A stretch of DNA of 49,180 bases, counting the filler, from Bipalium vagum (taxonomy: Eukaryota): assembly GCA_037834085.1 (NCBI GenBank). It is 2 parts of 2 records of this genome, joined end to end, with 100 filler letters (N's around TTAATTAATTAA, not from the genome) between each part and the next. Parts side by side here need not be neighbours in the genome. Positions count along the whole stretch, not along the records: positions 1 to 26,509 come from JBBMKC010139478.1; 1 more part is not named here. One strand, 5' to 3'. The notes below the pieces were generated by a model. The model saw nothing but the letters and a program-made list of their open reading frames with translations, had not been told where the DNA came from and made no database searches. Made by a program: the position numbers and the translations under genes. This document shows positions 14,101 to 26,609 of this stretch, in pieces; the stretch's first letter is position 1; each line of letters starts with the position of its first letter.

Positions 14101-16240
14101 AAAATATAATATTGTTTTTTGAAATTCAGCGAGCTATTGAGTCTAAGGTATATTTCCTGACTGTCCGACCAGTCCAGTAGTCTATTTTTAGGAAATATCG
14201 CGACACCTTTCCAACTCGTAGGACATTGTACATTTAGGATGTGGAGTCCTGGCCAAAACATATTTGATAGATTTTCATTAAAAAATTATTGTTTAGATTC
14301 CCTTCAGAATAGAGAACATACATCGTGTACGCCCATAATCGCTGTAAAACTTAAGCGTGATTTAAAAATAATTTAAAATCATTTATTCTAACCAATTAAT
14401 TACAATTACAAAATTTATTAATTTCATCATTTGCAAAGTTTCATTTGTGAAACTTTTTGAATTGGATAATTTTTTGTCTTGGGGTAACTTGTGGGATAAG
14501 TCGAAGAAAGACTTCAATAATTAACTTCAAATAAAAATGGGCTGTACAAAATATAAAAGTCTGTATTAATTTTAATGATACGTTTCAATGCGTTTAGATC
14601 TGTCTCGAAGAGATGATATAGAACAATTATGTTATACACTGATTTTTCTTCTGTTGGGAAATTTACCATGGCAAGGATTGTCGATTAAAAATAAAATAGA
14701 AAAATATGAGAAAATTTGTGCGATCAAATCGTTAGATGTTTCACAATTATTTCCGGAAGTACAAGGTTTATCAGACATTTTAAATTGATTATTAATTATT
14801 ATTATTAGTAGTAGTATTACTATTAAGGTCGTACCAAAAGTCTTGTCACAAACATGTATTTACAAACTGGACAATTACAAAATAACGGTAGTTATTCTAA
14901 ATCAGAGGTATTGATCTTGTGCATCAATGATAGATTGAAATTCATTTTTCAACAACTGGAACTGGTGAATTACATTATCGGAAGAATAGTGTTCGCAAAG
15001 CATCTGTCACGTACATTTTCACTTCATCTGCCGATTGAAGGAATATCGATTCCGTTCAAATTTGGCAAACACCGGTCGAGCATATGATGTAACAAAGGAA
15101 TTTGTTTTCCCTCAAAGAATCGATTGCAGAAAGGCACAATGTTGACGAAAATAATGTCGGCTGTTAGAACTGATGTCCATTGACGTTTCACTTTGTGAAT
15201 CATTTTTCGATGGAATTTAGGGTAATATACACTTGTAACTGATACATCAGAAGGAGATCTACACAAAACTTTCCTATAAATGTACAAACAACAATGATCA
15301 CTGAATTTCTTCATATCGCAGACACCGTGCTACATGCAATCTTGTTTGTGAATCAGCTGCCAAATTTTTGTTGGACTGCTTTGTCCTTTTTGTCATATGA
15401 TATATTAACTTTTTATCGATGACTAAAAGATTTTCGCAAAAATTGTGTTGATGATTTTCAAAGAATTGAATGATTTGTTTTAGTTCTAAGATACGCTTTC
15501 TGAGTTGTTCTTCTGACTAAATGTTTGAGATCCATTTTACATTTTACCACTTAAAATAGAGATCTTCGATAAGAATACGTTATACGAAGCATTAATACCC
15601 TCAGTCAATTTGTCTATCGTAATGTGAAGATCATCATCTACTAATTCATGTACTACGCTCAAAAGTTCATCACAATGAAAAGACTACATATCTGGCATTG
15701 TCTTCTAAAGCAAATCGTTTTTCCAGATTGGAAGTCAGAATACTAGTGGTAAATTGTTTTCAAGGGTACTGATTCGTTGCACATGAATATATTTAGTCTC
15801 CGTCATTTCAACGACTTGTTTCAAAGAAGAAACGGTCTTTTTCACTTGTAACTTCCATATTTGAATATAGAATGACAGATGAGTAATAGTGCACTTACAA
15901 AATTACGCATAATTTTTGGTGTATAATAAGCTAATCATACCGCACAGGAATTCATTGGATGTTTAAATATTTTCATAGATTAACATGTTGTTTTGCTGGT
16001 ACCAATACTTTTGGTACGATCGCATTATATTTATTGTTATTATTAAATAATTTTATTTTAATATTAACTAGAAATTTCACTTTAGAAGAATTTCGTGAAT
16101 TTTTGTCATATTCTCGAAATATGAGCTTTGAAGAGAACCCTTGCTATTCATTTTACAAAAAAAAATTTGAAAATTTACAAAGAAGAACAAAGATTTGTGA
16201 TACAACCAATTTAGACTGGAACGCCATTTCTAAAAGGTAA
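9239..16240 (+). CDS. Casein kinase 1 family Ser/Thr kinase, 6 exons, about 296 aa
   Basis: Exons 9239-9314, 9363-9476, 9524-9716, 9757-9941, 14598-14765, 16086-16240 join in phase (891 nt). Motifs: [60 protein letters not shown]. All introns GT-AG. Confidence 0.93.
10166..10203 (-). pseudogene. 3' half of a tRNA-Ala(TGC)-like sequence (tRNA fragment or tRNA-derived repeat)
   Basis: Minus strand reads TGCATGTGAAGGT-CCCGG-GTTCGAATC-CCGG-TATCTCC: anticodon TGC, intact T-arm/B-box and acceptor 3' strand. No D-arm or 5' acceptor strand. Confidence 0.7.
11083..11110. repeat. (TA)n microsatellite
   Basis: Perfect TA dinucleotide run. Confidence 0.95.
11590..12100 (-). mobile_element. Possible highly decayed Penelope-like RT fragment
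   Basis: Faint motifs in shifting frames (LFDVSM..., [32 protein letters not shown]) in the order expected for a PLE reverse transcriptase. By-eye similarity only. Confidence 0.25.
12530..12975 (+). mobile_element. Mariner transposase fragment (DD34D catalytic region)
   Basis: '[14 protein letters not shown]...[26 protein letters not shown]...[10 protein letters not shown]...[17 protein letters not shown]' matches mariner LHPKK, HDNARPH and HPPYSPDLAPSDF motifs. Confidence 0.88.
13900..14300 (-). mobile_element. Decayed Tc1/IS630-like transposase 3' fragment
   Basis: Weak resemblance to Tc1-type C-terminus ('[15 protein letters not shown]', '[14 protein letters not shown]'); many stops. Confidence 0.3.
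14823..16027 (-). mobile_element. Full-length degenerate mariner-like element in CK1 intron 5
   Basis: TIRs share TCGTACCAAAAGT (near 14829, revcomp near 16010-16021); about 1.2 kb. Minus-strand '[16 protein letters not shown]...RILIEDL...[15 protein letters not shown]' resembles the mariner HTH and WVPHxL linker. Confidence 0.8.
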
Positions 16241-17781
16241 TGGAAAAAAGTTATCTAGGAATCATGAATCGTATTTGCTATAGACTCACATATGTATTAC
16301 TGTAACTTCCTAAATTGATTTCAGATAAAGATAAAGTTTTTTAAAAATCAAGTTATCCAATCGTTTGACAACCGTTAGCTGTGAAAATTTTTAGATGTTT
16401 TTATGGATTATTTTGTTTCCAAACAAAATATATCTAGTTTCTAAAAATGAGAATTTTATTTCTCATTTAGGATGCATGTTTAGTGATGAACCTAAGAGAA
16501 GGGAAAAGTATATTGAAAACTTAAAATTAAAGTGCTTGGTTCATCGAAGGAACCTTTTTAAAAACGTTTTAGGATTAAGCATATTCTCTGTGAAAAAGGG
16601 TTCAATTTCCCGATATCATGAAGGTACATTCCTGTAACTATCTTTATATTTAAATAGGTTCTGCCTGATCTTCAAGATATTAAAAATAGATTTAATTATA
16701 ATTTCCAATCTTTCGCTTTGAACTGAAAAATTAAATTGAGTTTAAAAGAAGAAACTAATGTGCTAGGAAAGTTGTCAAAAGTTTATATTACCTTTTTATA
16801 TACGATGCGTTTCATCATTTGCTCACGAGAAAGTCCAAGTGAAAAATATCTTGTATGGTTTTTTTGCATTTTGAAAATTTAACATAAGCTTTAAATCATT
16901 TCTGGCGATTCAGGACATCCTTTCAATAAACAGTTTGAATCATTTGCAATAGTTGGACAGTATTTTTATCCAATTTATAGTATAGCTGCTATTTGTTCGT
17001 TGTTTCATTTGATTGTTGTAAAAATGTAAAATAAATACTGTCATTAGAAATGTCTAAAAAACGACCACTAACTTTGCCATGTTTATTGATTATTATTCAG
17101 GAAATAAGCCCAATTAATTAAATTAATCATTTAACATATAAAACTAGAGAGTTCACCTTTGTCATGGGACACATTATACATGTTAAATTAGGATTTATAA
17201 TATTAATTATTATTATTATATGTTCAAGTTTGGTATAGATTTTTTTAGTTAAGTTATTTTGACTAATATTTAAGTCATAAATTAAAAAGTATTAAATTTA
17301 TTATAATGAAGATAGAAATGGGTAATGTACAACAGTCATTACATATTCCTTATTACACCAATTTTATCTGATCAAACAGTTACAAAACAGTTATAATTAT
17401 TTACAAAATGTAAAATAAGGTAAGAGTAGCTAAAAATTCATTTCTTCAATAATCTCGTGGCTGTGGAAATGATTATCGTTACATAGAGGATAATAAGCGT
17501 ACCGGATTTGGATGACTTCAAAGGAATTTTGAAAGAAAATTTACGTACAATCGAAGAGGATATTAGATATAAAATATATCACATTAATCCAATGTTTACA
17601 TAAAGGTAAAAATTTAGGAAAATAAATTACCATGAAACGATTGGCCAAAAAACTTACAATTCAAAAGAAATGCAAATCTTTTAGCAATTCATAATTCAAA
17701 TTTAATATAAATAATTATTAACAACATAAAATTAATGTTGCGGAAATTTATACAGGAAATAATTTATATACAGAAAATATA

Positions 17782-18830
17782 CAGGGTGCGTCAGGTATTT
17801 GAGGACAAAAATTGTTAAAATATATCATGCTAATTTTTTTAGTGGAGCTAAAATTGATTTGCAATATTTATTGATACAACATTAAATAATTATTTTTTAA
17901 TTAAGAAATGGAAGAGATAACTTTTGAATTAACACAAGAAATGAAAAGGCATATAGTTATTGTTGCATTAGTCGCCGGACACAGTGACTTAAAAATTTCG
18001 TTTGTCAATAAAATTAGAAAGGAATGTTTGGCATCTGATCGAAATATTTCCTCTATATCTAAAAGAAAAACACATTCCTCACGTTCAGGCATTGTCAGAA
18101 ATGTTTATTTTGTTCAAAAAATCCAAGATGTTTTTCATGAAAGTCCTGGAACATCAATGAGGGAAATTTCCCATCGGCTATCGGTTTCTGAGTCAACAAT
18201 AAGACGAACGGTACACAATGATTTAAAATGCAAGTCCTACGTCATGGGAAGACATTTTTTATCGGCAAAAAGCAAAGAAAATCGTTTAATCCACTCGAAG
18301 TGTCTTTTAAACAAAATCAAGCATCCTGATCATCCAAACATGCTATGGTTCTTTTCTGATGAAAAACGTTTTACTCAAGGTCAAAAGGTTAATATGTTAT
18401 GTACACTAAGTTTCCATCATCTTTAATGATATCGGGTGTTGTAAGCAACGAAGTGTGCGTCCGTATTTCTTTCCACAGGGACTTAGAACTAATGCATCTC
18501 TTAATATCGAGTGTATGGATACATATGTGAAGCCCTGGATTGAAAAAGTTGCCCACGGAAGGCCTCATAAGTTCCACCAGATTAAAATCCTTTGGACTAT
18601 TTCACATGGGACACCGTAGAGAAGGAAACGAACAAACATCCTCATAATACCAAAGATTCATTACGGGCTTCTATAAGTTTATCTGCTACAATAAATATGG
18701 ACAAAAACCATTTGATCGTGGCTTGTAAGCTTTTCAGAAACCACCTTGAAGCTATAATTGACACTGAAGGCGATCTTTTTGAATAAATAAAACTTGTATA
18801 CCTATGTACCTATAAAAACAATAAAACATT
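17782..18830 (+). mobile_element. maT/DD37D-type Tc1-mariner element, internally deleted
   Basis: Left end TA-CAGGGTGCGTC. ORF 17908-18426 has HTH (PGTSMREISHRLSVSESTIRR) and 'WFFSDEKRFT'; ORF 18592-18786 continues 'LNPLDYFTW...ACKLFRNHLEAIIDTEGD'. Second Asp region deleted; right TIR not found. Confidence 0.8.
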
Positions 18831-19057
18831 ACGGGACGAAATTCTTTTTAAAGTCTATTTACAGACTTGATTTATAATTTGTACTCTGAAATATCTTAAT
18901 TTTTTTAAATAATATAAAATGATAAAAAAGGTCATTTAATCATTTCAAATCAACATAAGCTGGAAAAATGTAAGATTTCAGCATCCAGTACAAGGGTTTA
19001 ATGATAAGCATTTATCACCCTCACCTTAATGGAGTGTCTGTTAATATCAAATTATTA

Positions 19058-19236
19058 CCGTAGATACGCGAGTATAACGCCACCAGACTATAACGCGAGA
19101 CATACAAAATTGGGTGAAAAAGTGAAATCAGTGTCCAATAAATTAAATTGTTGTTGTGTCTCGAGAATACCGCGACTCCCCAATTTTCACTCCAATTGCA
19201 GCTAAAAAATCTCGGGGCATACTCGCGTATCTACGG
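19058..19236. mobile_element. 179-bp MITE (Tc2/pogo-type CCGTA termini)
   Basis: Perfect TIRs CCGTAGATACGCGAGTAT / ATACTCGCGTATCTACGG, flanked by TA on both sides. Confidence 0.92.
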
Positions 19237-19598
19237 TAATATAAATTTCATATTAACTATTAATATTAATATTAGTTTCCTATCTTTCCGTGAGGTTTTC
19301 TCATATGTTTTAAAAACCTCACAATTCATTGATGATAATTGCTTCAAACTTTCGGATGGGAATCATAAAGCTCCTAAAAAGATTCAAACAGATGATGGCT
19401 AAAAATAGAAAATATTTTGATATTAAAATTTGATATTTATAATTAAAAAAAAAAACTGAACAAAGAAAAAAAACATTTATGAATATGTTCAGTAGAAGAA
19501 ATTGTAATCTCTTCAAATATAAATAATTGTTTGAACATTTATTATTAAATTTATGTTAATTTCAGGATTTAAAGAAAATATAGATTTACATGAAAATA

Positions 19599-21072
19599 CA
19601 GGGTGACACAAATTCTGTGAAAATTTCTTTTAATAAAATATTTATAAACATATCTTCTCACAGTGTTTTGTAATGTATCTAAGCACTTCTTCAGGTGTTT
19701 CACATAAAGAGTGGCCCATATATAGATGCCGCCACTTCTCATAATTGCTATTAAAGATTAGGCTACATAGTAACTAAAACAAAGAAATTTTTGAAATCGT
19801 ATTTTATTTATCTTTTTATTGAATAATTTATTTAGTGATAATCCTCTATATGAAGAGACAGCAACAAGAATTTAACGCCAAGGCAATTATTGATTTTTTT
19901 CCAAGAAAATTCACAAAATAAACTGGCTACGGTTAATCACTTTCAGCAGCAAAATATTAAAGAGAGAACAATTCGGAATGTGATATCACGCTTTCTGAAT
20001 ACTGGAGTAATAGATTACAAGTCAATACCAAGTCGTAAACCAGTTGTAAACACCCCCAGAATCCAAAGAAAAGTGTTGAAGCACGCGAAAAACAACAGAT
20101 CACTACAGAGCGTGTGTCATCAAAGCAGTTGCATCTGAGTCGTAGTACCTATCAGAGAGTGAGAGCAGCGGTTGGATTGCGTAGCAGAAAGAAGCAGAGG
20201 AAGCCTAAGTACATTAAAGGTCATATACAGCGTTCAATTAAGTGGTCAGCTAAGCTTTACAAGGATAGTCTTCCAAGTGGCAAGAATTACTTCTTTGTTT
20301 TGGATGACAAAACATATGTACCACTAGATCCGACGCAAGTGCCTGGTAACCAATATTATTTGTCGGATGATGAAGCGGAGACAACAGTTGAAGAGCGTGT
20401 AGTTCAAACCGGTAAATTTGAAAAAAGGTTTATGATCTGGCAAGAGTTGCCAGAAGATGGATCTGTTTCAGAGCCGTTTGTGACTAATGATACTGTTAAT
20501 GGTGAAATTTATCTAAAAGAATGTATTGAAAAGCGTCTTTTGCCGTTTTTTCAAAAGTTGGATGTCCAAAGGCCAATTTTATTTTGGCCTGATCTAGCAA
20601 CTTCGTATCGTTGTAACATAGTGACGGTCAAACTCATGGAAGAGGGCGTCAACTTTGCTTCTAAACAACAGAACCCGCTGAATGTACCACAGTTACGCCC
20701 AATTGAAAAATTTTGGGCACTTTGTAAGCACAGATATCACATGCTGAAAAAACCAGTTGACAGTATATCAAAAATGAAACGAATCTGGACACGCATCTCT
20801 AAGGAAATTGCAGCTGAGTTTGGAAAAACCTTGTTTAAACACTTTCGACAAAAATAATGCACTTGTTCCGAAAAAGGATCACTTTCTGTTAAAATTTTGT
20901 ATAAAATTGTTCTTGAATATAAATGTTATTCGTTCTAAAAGTTTACTTATGTTTATGTTTGCTGGTTTACCAAATGTAAAGATTTGACTGCGCGGTATCT
21001 ATATATGGGTCACCCTATATTTAAATGTTTTCCTAATAAAACTCTTTGTTTCAGAACTTTTGTGTCACCCTG
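19599..21072. mobile_element. Tc1-type MITE (CAGGGTGACACAAA TIRs) split by a DD37E element
   Basis: TA-CAGGGTGACACAAA at 19599 and TTTGTGTCACCCTG-TA ending 21072. Confidence 0.85.
19707..21017 (+). mobile_element. DD37E (ITmD37E-type) transposon with frameshifted transposase
   Basis: 27-bp TIRs match at 22/27 (aagagtggcccatatatagatgccgcc vs tagggtgacccatatatagataccgcg), TA flanks. Transposase from ATG near 19850 to 20857 with 'VLDDKTY', 'FWPD', 'NVPQLRPIEKFW'; exactly 37 residues between the second D and E. Confidence 0.92.
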
Positions 21073-22078
21073 TATATTCAAAAACGAGTTAAGTAATCTT
21101 AAGCTGAAATTTTTTGTAAAAATTTTTTTCTCATAAATATTTTGTGTAAATTTCCTTTACAGGGCTGTTTCGAAGATTATTAAAAATCGATGATAATCAA
21201 AAGATGAAGACAATTGAGAATGTAGAAAGTAGAAATTGACGCATGATTAATATTTCTTTATATTAGTACTTAAGTTAATTATTAAAAGATAATTAAGAAT
21301 CGACACCTATTACATAATTAACCTTTAAGGTGAAAATCCTGATTATTAAAATAGTTTCCGAACTGTTATCACACCATATATAAGCACTTTTATTTGTTTT
21401 TTCGACTGTATACTAGCGTGGCTAGCAGACATTTTATCCCTTATATGCTACTAAGCATATAAGAGCTGGTTGGTTCTTTTTCTCATATATTCTTTTCATT
21501 TATTTTGGGTTAATCTTAAAATTGTAAAGTTCATTACAAACAATGAATCGCAAACCAAATATCAATTCTAAAAACGAAACGTAAATTTTGTATAACAACA
21601 AAATATTAAAAAATTTTTTTTTAATTGATCTTAATTGCTTTTCAACATAATAATATCTTATATTAACCAAATAGCAGTGATCCGAAGCATTTTCTTTTAA
21701 TACATCTAGGCTCGGTAATAACGAATAATATTTACTCATAGGTCTAAGATTTGTTACTTCTCAAAAAATAAACAAGTTCATCATACAATAAAACGTCAAC
21801 ACTAATCTCAGAAATGAAATAATTAATCCTCCCAAATTATATTCCAAAAAATTAGATAAACAATAACCTTCAATAAATTCCTGCTCAAACGTTACGCTCA
21901 CCTATTACCCGATAACAAAAATATTAATAATACGTAGAATGGTCGAACAAAAACACTAATGGTAGTAGATATATAGGATGGTGGTGGTGAATAAAATAAT
22001 TAAAATAATAATTATAAACCAGTTGGAATCCGGATATCCTTCCAAAATAAATTATCACGAAACAAATTAATTGATATA

Positions 22079-22414
22079 CAGTAGAATCCGCTTTATCCGA
22101 ATTCGTCTAATCCGAGAAATAAACATGAAATGGATAAATCAGTGGAAAGCACATTTCATTATAAGTCATCAATTAGTTGGAGAGAGTTCTTCTGTTCACG
22201 AAGATACAGTGAGTACATGGAGAAATAATATTATTCTCAGAATATTCGGTCAATACCATCCATCTGATATTTTTAATTGTGATAAATTTGGCTTATTTTG
22301 GCGTTTGACTCCTGATTAATTCAAATTTTTGATTATTCCATTTTCAAAAATCAGATTTGTCTAATCGAATGTTTTTTATGGTCCTTAGGAATTCGGATTA
22401 GGCGAACTCTACTG
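22079..22414 (+). mobile_element. Internally deleted Tigger/pogo element (336 bp)
   Basis: TIRs cagtagaatccgctttatccgaat vs revcomp cagtagagttcgcctaatccgaat. Retained coding piece 'VGESSSV...YHPSDIFNCDKFGLFWRLTPD' matches the TIGD DIFNxDETGLFW motif. Confidence 0.88.
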
Positions 22415-22644
22415 TGAATGGCAACTTTCTGTAGTCAAATCGTGATTTTTCAACAGTTTTACAGTCTTTCAAAAGTTCTATAATCTTCCAAAAATTTTCC
22501 TATACTAGATTCACTAAAGATGACTTCCAGTTATAATTTTTATCTCAAAAATTTTCATCACTCAGATGAGACAAACGTCTTTTATTAACTTAAATTATAA
22601 TCCCAGTCTTGGTTAATAATGATTTTCTCAATTTTTCCTGATTA

Positions 22645-24125
22645 CACCAGAGTCAATTTTTTTAGACTAATCAAGTCATATGCAACTCGTTACGCTGATC
22701 ATGAAAATATATACATTCAGCAGTCTATCACATTATTTTTGAAAAAAATTAAATATTTTTTTTACTATACTGTTAAAATTTTTCGGATATTTTAAATAAA
22801 ATGTCACAGCGGCGATGCGTAAATGACAAACCTATTTTGCTAAATCTGCTGCTAATATACTTTCCAACATGACAGGTTTAAAATCACATGTTATAAAGAA
22901 AAGATTTAAAGAATAATTCAAATTCAAATTAGGCGACCAGGAAAAACTATTCGCACCACATTATATATGTAGAAAATGCTTCTCTTATTTGTCAATGTTT
23001 TCTGATGGTAAGATTCAGAAGTTACCATTGTGTACACCTACTGCACGAAGAAAGCAAAGAAATGATTATGATGATTGTTATTTTTACTTAATCAATACGT
23101 CGGGTTTTAACAAAAGGGCAGTCTAACATATTTAAATACCCGACAGAAATCAGACAATGTCATTTTTTGCAAATACCATTTTTCTCTAATTGTGTATTCA
23201 AGTGAGGCATCGGAAAAATGATTTTCATGAAATATCTTTTGGATATATTGCATTTTGATGCTTACCGATAGAGTATGGGAGGAAAGGTAATTAGAATCTT
23301 GAAAGGATTGCAGTGTGTTTACACCAAATACTCTTGCTTTCTTCTATATATTAGATAGTAGGTCACGTGATTAGTACTATACAGTCAAAGAATGGTCAAT
23401 CCTTGAGAACTGCACATCTCGCCATTACAACATGAAGCATGGAACACTTGTCATTTGGTCTTAATATTCTCTTGCCAAGACTTCATATCAAGCTATGGTT
23501 TTTCAAGAACTTTATTAAAGCCTTAGAACCAGAAGACCAATCGCTTCAAATATTAAAAGTATATTTCCCAAAATTATCATGGGCTAAAATTAAAGAAGGG
23601 ATTTTGGTTGGAAGAAAAATACGGAAACTAATGAGAAATATGAATTTCAAACAGAGCCTAAGTCAAACTGAATGTCTAGTCTTGGAAGCTTTGGTAGATA
23701 CGATGAACAACTTTTTAGGTTTGTCTTGGTGCTACTATATCTAAATAAAGTAATATTCAATTTTAACAGGTAAATATGGAATATTAAGATGTCCCCTAAA
23801 ATACACTACTTGAAGTGACATTTGATTTTTCCCACATGATTTGGGCAAAATTAGTGATGAACATGGTAAAAGATTTCACCAAACAATAAGCACCATGAAA
23901 AAGCGATACCAGGGGCAGGGGATGAGCGCACTGTGGGGATTTCTGTTGGTTAAGATTTTAAAAAATTATCATTACTATAAAAAACTTTAGTTACATAATC
24001 GATGATTTTAATGTAATCCATTTTTAAGGTAAGAGTAAAATTGAAATTTATTTGGAATCAGCAGAAAACTACACCTGGTCTGATAGGTTTCATCTAATAA
24101 AAAAAGTTCAAATACATGGGCGGTG
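22645..24125 (+). mobile_element. Chapaev3-type (CMC) DNA transposon, degenerate
   Basis: CAC...GTG termini with TTA on both sides (22642-44, 24126-28). Pseudo-ORF from 22801: 'MSQRRCVND', 'KLGDQEKLFAPHYICRKC', 'NDYDDCYF', 'LLPRLHIKL...FPKLSWAKIKEGILVG', 'SDEHGKRFHQTISTMKKRYQG'. Confidence 0.82.
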
Positions 24126-24668
24126 TTATAAGTATTTTTTATTTTTGTGATGAATTTTCAGATCTCCGTACCATTCGGTTTTAAAAAAATCCCCATTTTT
24201 ATTTGATCCCGTAATAAATGAATAAAACTTCATTAATTTTGTTAATTGATAAATTTCAAAAAATATTGTTATGTGCAAAAAATCATCGGATTTGTCAGTT
24301 TTTTATGATCCTGGTCGGAAAATTCTAAAATTCTAAACATAAACAATTTGATTCTATTATAATTATGCGCATAAACATCAATTAATGTCATAAAATCACA
24401 ATGCTGATTAAAAAATAATTGATAAATTATTATTGCTTGCTATTTTTAATAATTATTTCTCAGTTTTTTATTTGAATATTTTTTTGTTTTTATTCATTGA
24501 ATCTAACAAACAAGTTTGCTGCCGTTTTTTCTATTAAATACAGAAATTACGTTAATAACTTTTAATAATAATAATAATAAAAATTAATATATAACAATAT
24601 ACAAAATAAACTACAGATATTTAAACCACTTTAAAACGTTGAATTATCTTAAATTAGAAATATGTAAA

Positions 24669-24671
24669 TAA

Positions 24672-24746
<75 letters not shown>

Positions 24747-24747
24747 A
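24669..24747. repeat. (AAAT)n microsatellite
   Basis: Perfect tetranucleotide run. Confidence 0.95.
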
Positions 24748-26509
24748 CATAAATTGAAATAATAAAATAAATATAAATTAATTAAATTATTAATGAATTA
24801 ATTAACAGTCAATAATCAATTCATAACTTATCATAAAACATAATTGACAATATATAAATAATATATTGATTTTTAAATCACCTTAAGCAATGTATTAAGA
24901 TCAATTAAATATATGTAATAAATAAATAAAAACACATGTATTTAATAAAATAAATAATTAATTTATTAAATTTTTAATAAATTAAAAAATATTATAAATA
25001 TAATAATATATAAAATATATTCCCCAATAAAATTTAAGTTTAATCATAATATAATATAATTCAATATGATTTAAATTTTTAATAAAATGATCGATTTTAA
25101 CATTTCTTTCTGAAATCTCTTAAAATAATATCATTTTTTAATTTCGTTTCAAATTGTGTTTTTGATGATCTCTTAAAATTGGCAAAAATACCTCGCTATA
25201 GATTTAAATATGATTTTCTAACGCTCATATCATAAATGATTATATTTTCTTTTCATAAATTCATTTCCCTTCACACAATTTTAATATTTGACAAAATTAT
25301 TTAAGTCTTCATCAAGTTCTGAAAATATGAATTTATGAATTTTAGAAAATATTTTGAACAAATACAAGAGCTTAAAATTAAAATGCTTTTGTTTTAATTT
25401 TTCTCAATGTAGGTCTAATTGAATAATTGATTTTTAAATTACTTTTTTATATCTTGAGTTTTTCACACATTTTAATATCACTCTTTTCAGCTGTTTAATT
25501 GATATATAAATTTTGAAAATGTAAAATTTTCCTAAATGAGATAAAATTCGAATTATTCGATTATTTTTAATTACTTTAAATATTATTGGTCTCTAATTAT
25601 TTGTTTAATTAAAAATCTGTTATATTCATTAATATCTTAATATTAATATATTTGCAGTTTTTATATTATTTTTTATATATATTATATTAATATTTTTTAT
25701 ATTATTTTTTATTATTTATTTTGATTTTAAACCTAAGACCATTTTTAAAGCAGAATGTTAGTTGATTATAATTTTTATTTTTAAAAAAGTAAAAGAAATA
25801 AACAAAAAGGGAAAGTAAATTATGTTCCAGAGAAACAAGCCAAATATTTCAACAGGACTTAGCAAAAATGGAGTTATTGTTCACGGCTCCTCTATACAAA
25901 AAAGACAATGAATTTGAAAGGAAAACAACTAGACTTCAGAAAAAAAAATAATTGACCGTTGTCTTGATGAAAAAAAAGGATATATGGATTATTGAAGATT
26001 AAAGAAACATGTTTTCTGACGAAAGCCTTTTATCGAAAAAGAATAGAGATCTCATTTTAGTAGGAAAAATGACAACGATAAGATTACAGTAGGTCAAATT
26101 GTTCAAACAATTAATCATCCTTTGTTGACACTGGCCGAACGTGTTCACATTAATTCGCACAATATTGTAATTCAGCCGGTGCATTTATATTCACCTAAAA
26201 AATAATAATATAGAATAATTGCTTTAATAATGAGATTTTGTATAATCAATTAATATAACATAAGGATATTTTTCCGATAATTAACATAATTATTGATCAT
26301 TTTTTCATGTAAGAATTTGGTTTTGAGATTAACTCTAAAGATCCTGGCAAAGCATGAATTGAGTGTCAAAAATGATTTTAATTGCATTTGACATAATATA
26401 TGACTTATTTAAATATATTTTTATTTGCTTTAATCCTATTTTTTGTTAAAATTTTCCTTTATCTTAAAATTTTTAGGTAAGTCATAAACTTTAAATAATA
26501 GTTTCAAAG

Positions 26510-26609
26510 NNNNNNNNNNNNNNNNNNNNNNNNNNNNNNNNNNNNNNNNNNNNTTAATTAATTAANNNNNNNNNNNNNNNNNNNNNNNNNNNNNNNNNNN
26601 NNNNNNNNN
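26510..26609. other. Synthetic contig-joining linker
   Basis: Exactly 44 N + TTAATTAATTAA + 44 N = 100 nt; the palindromic core has stops in all six frames. Confidence 0.95.

Noticed and set aside
26554-26565. TTAATTAATTAA palindrome as a biological site
   Set aside because: Centred in a symmetric N linker; an artefact.
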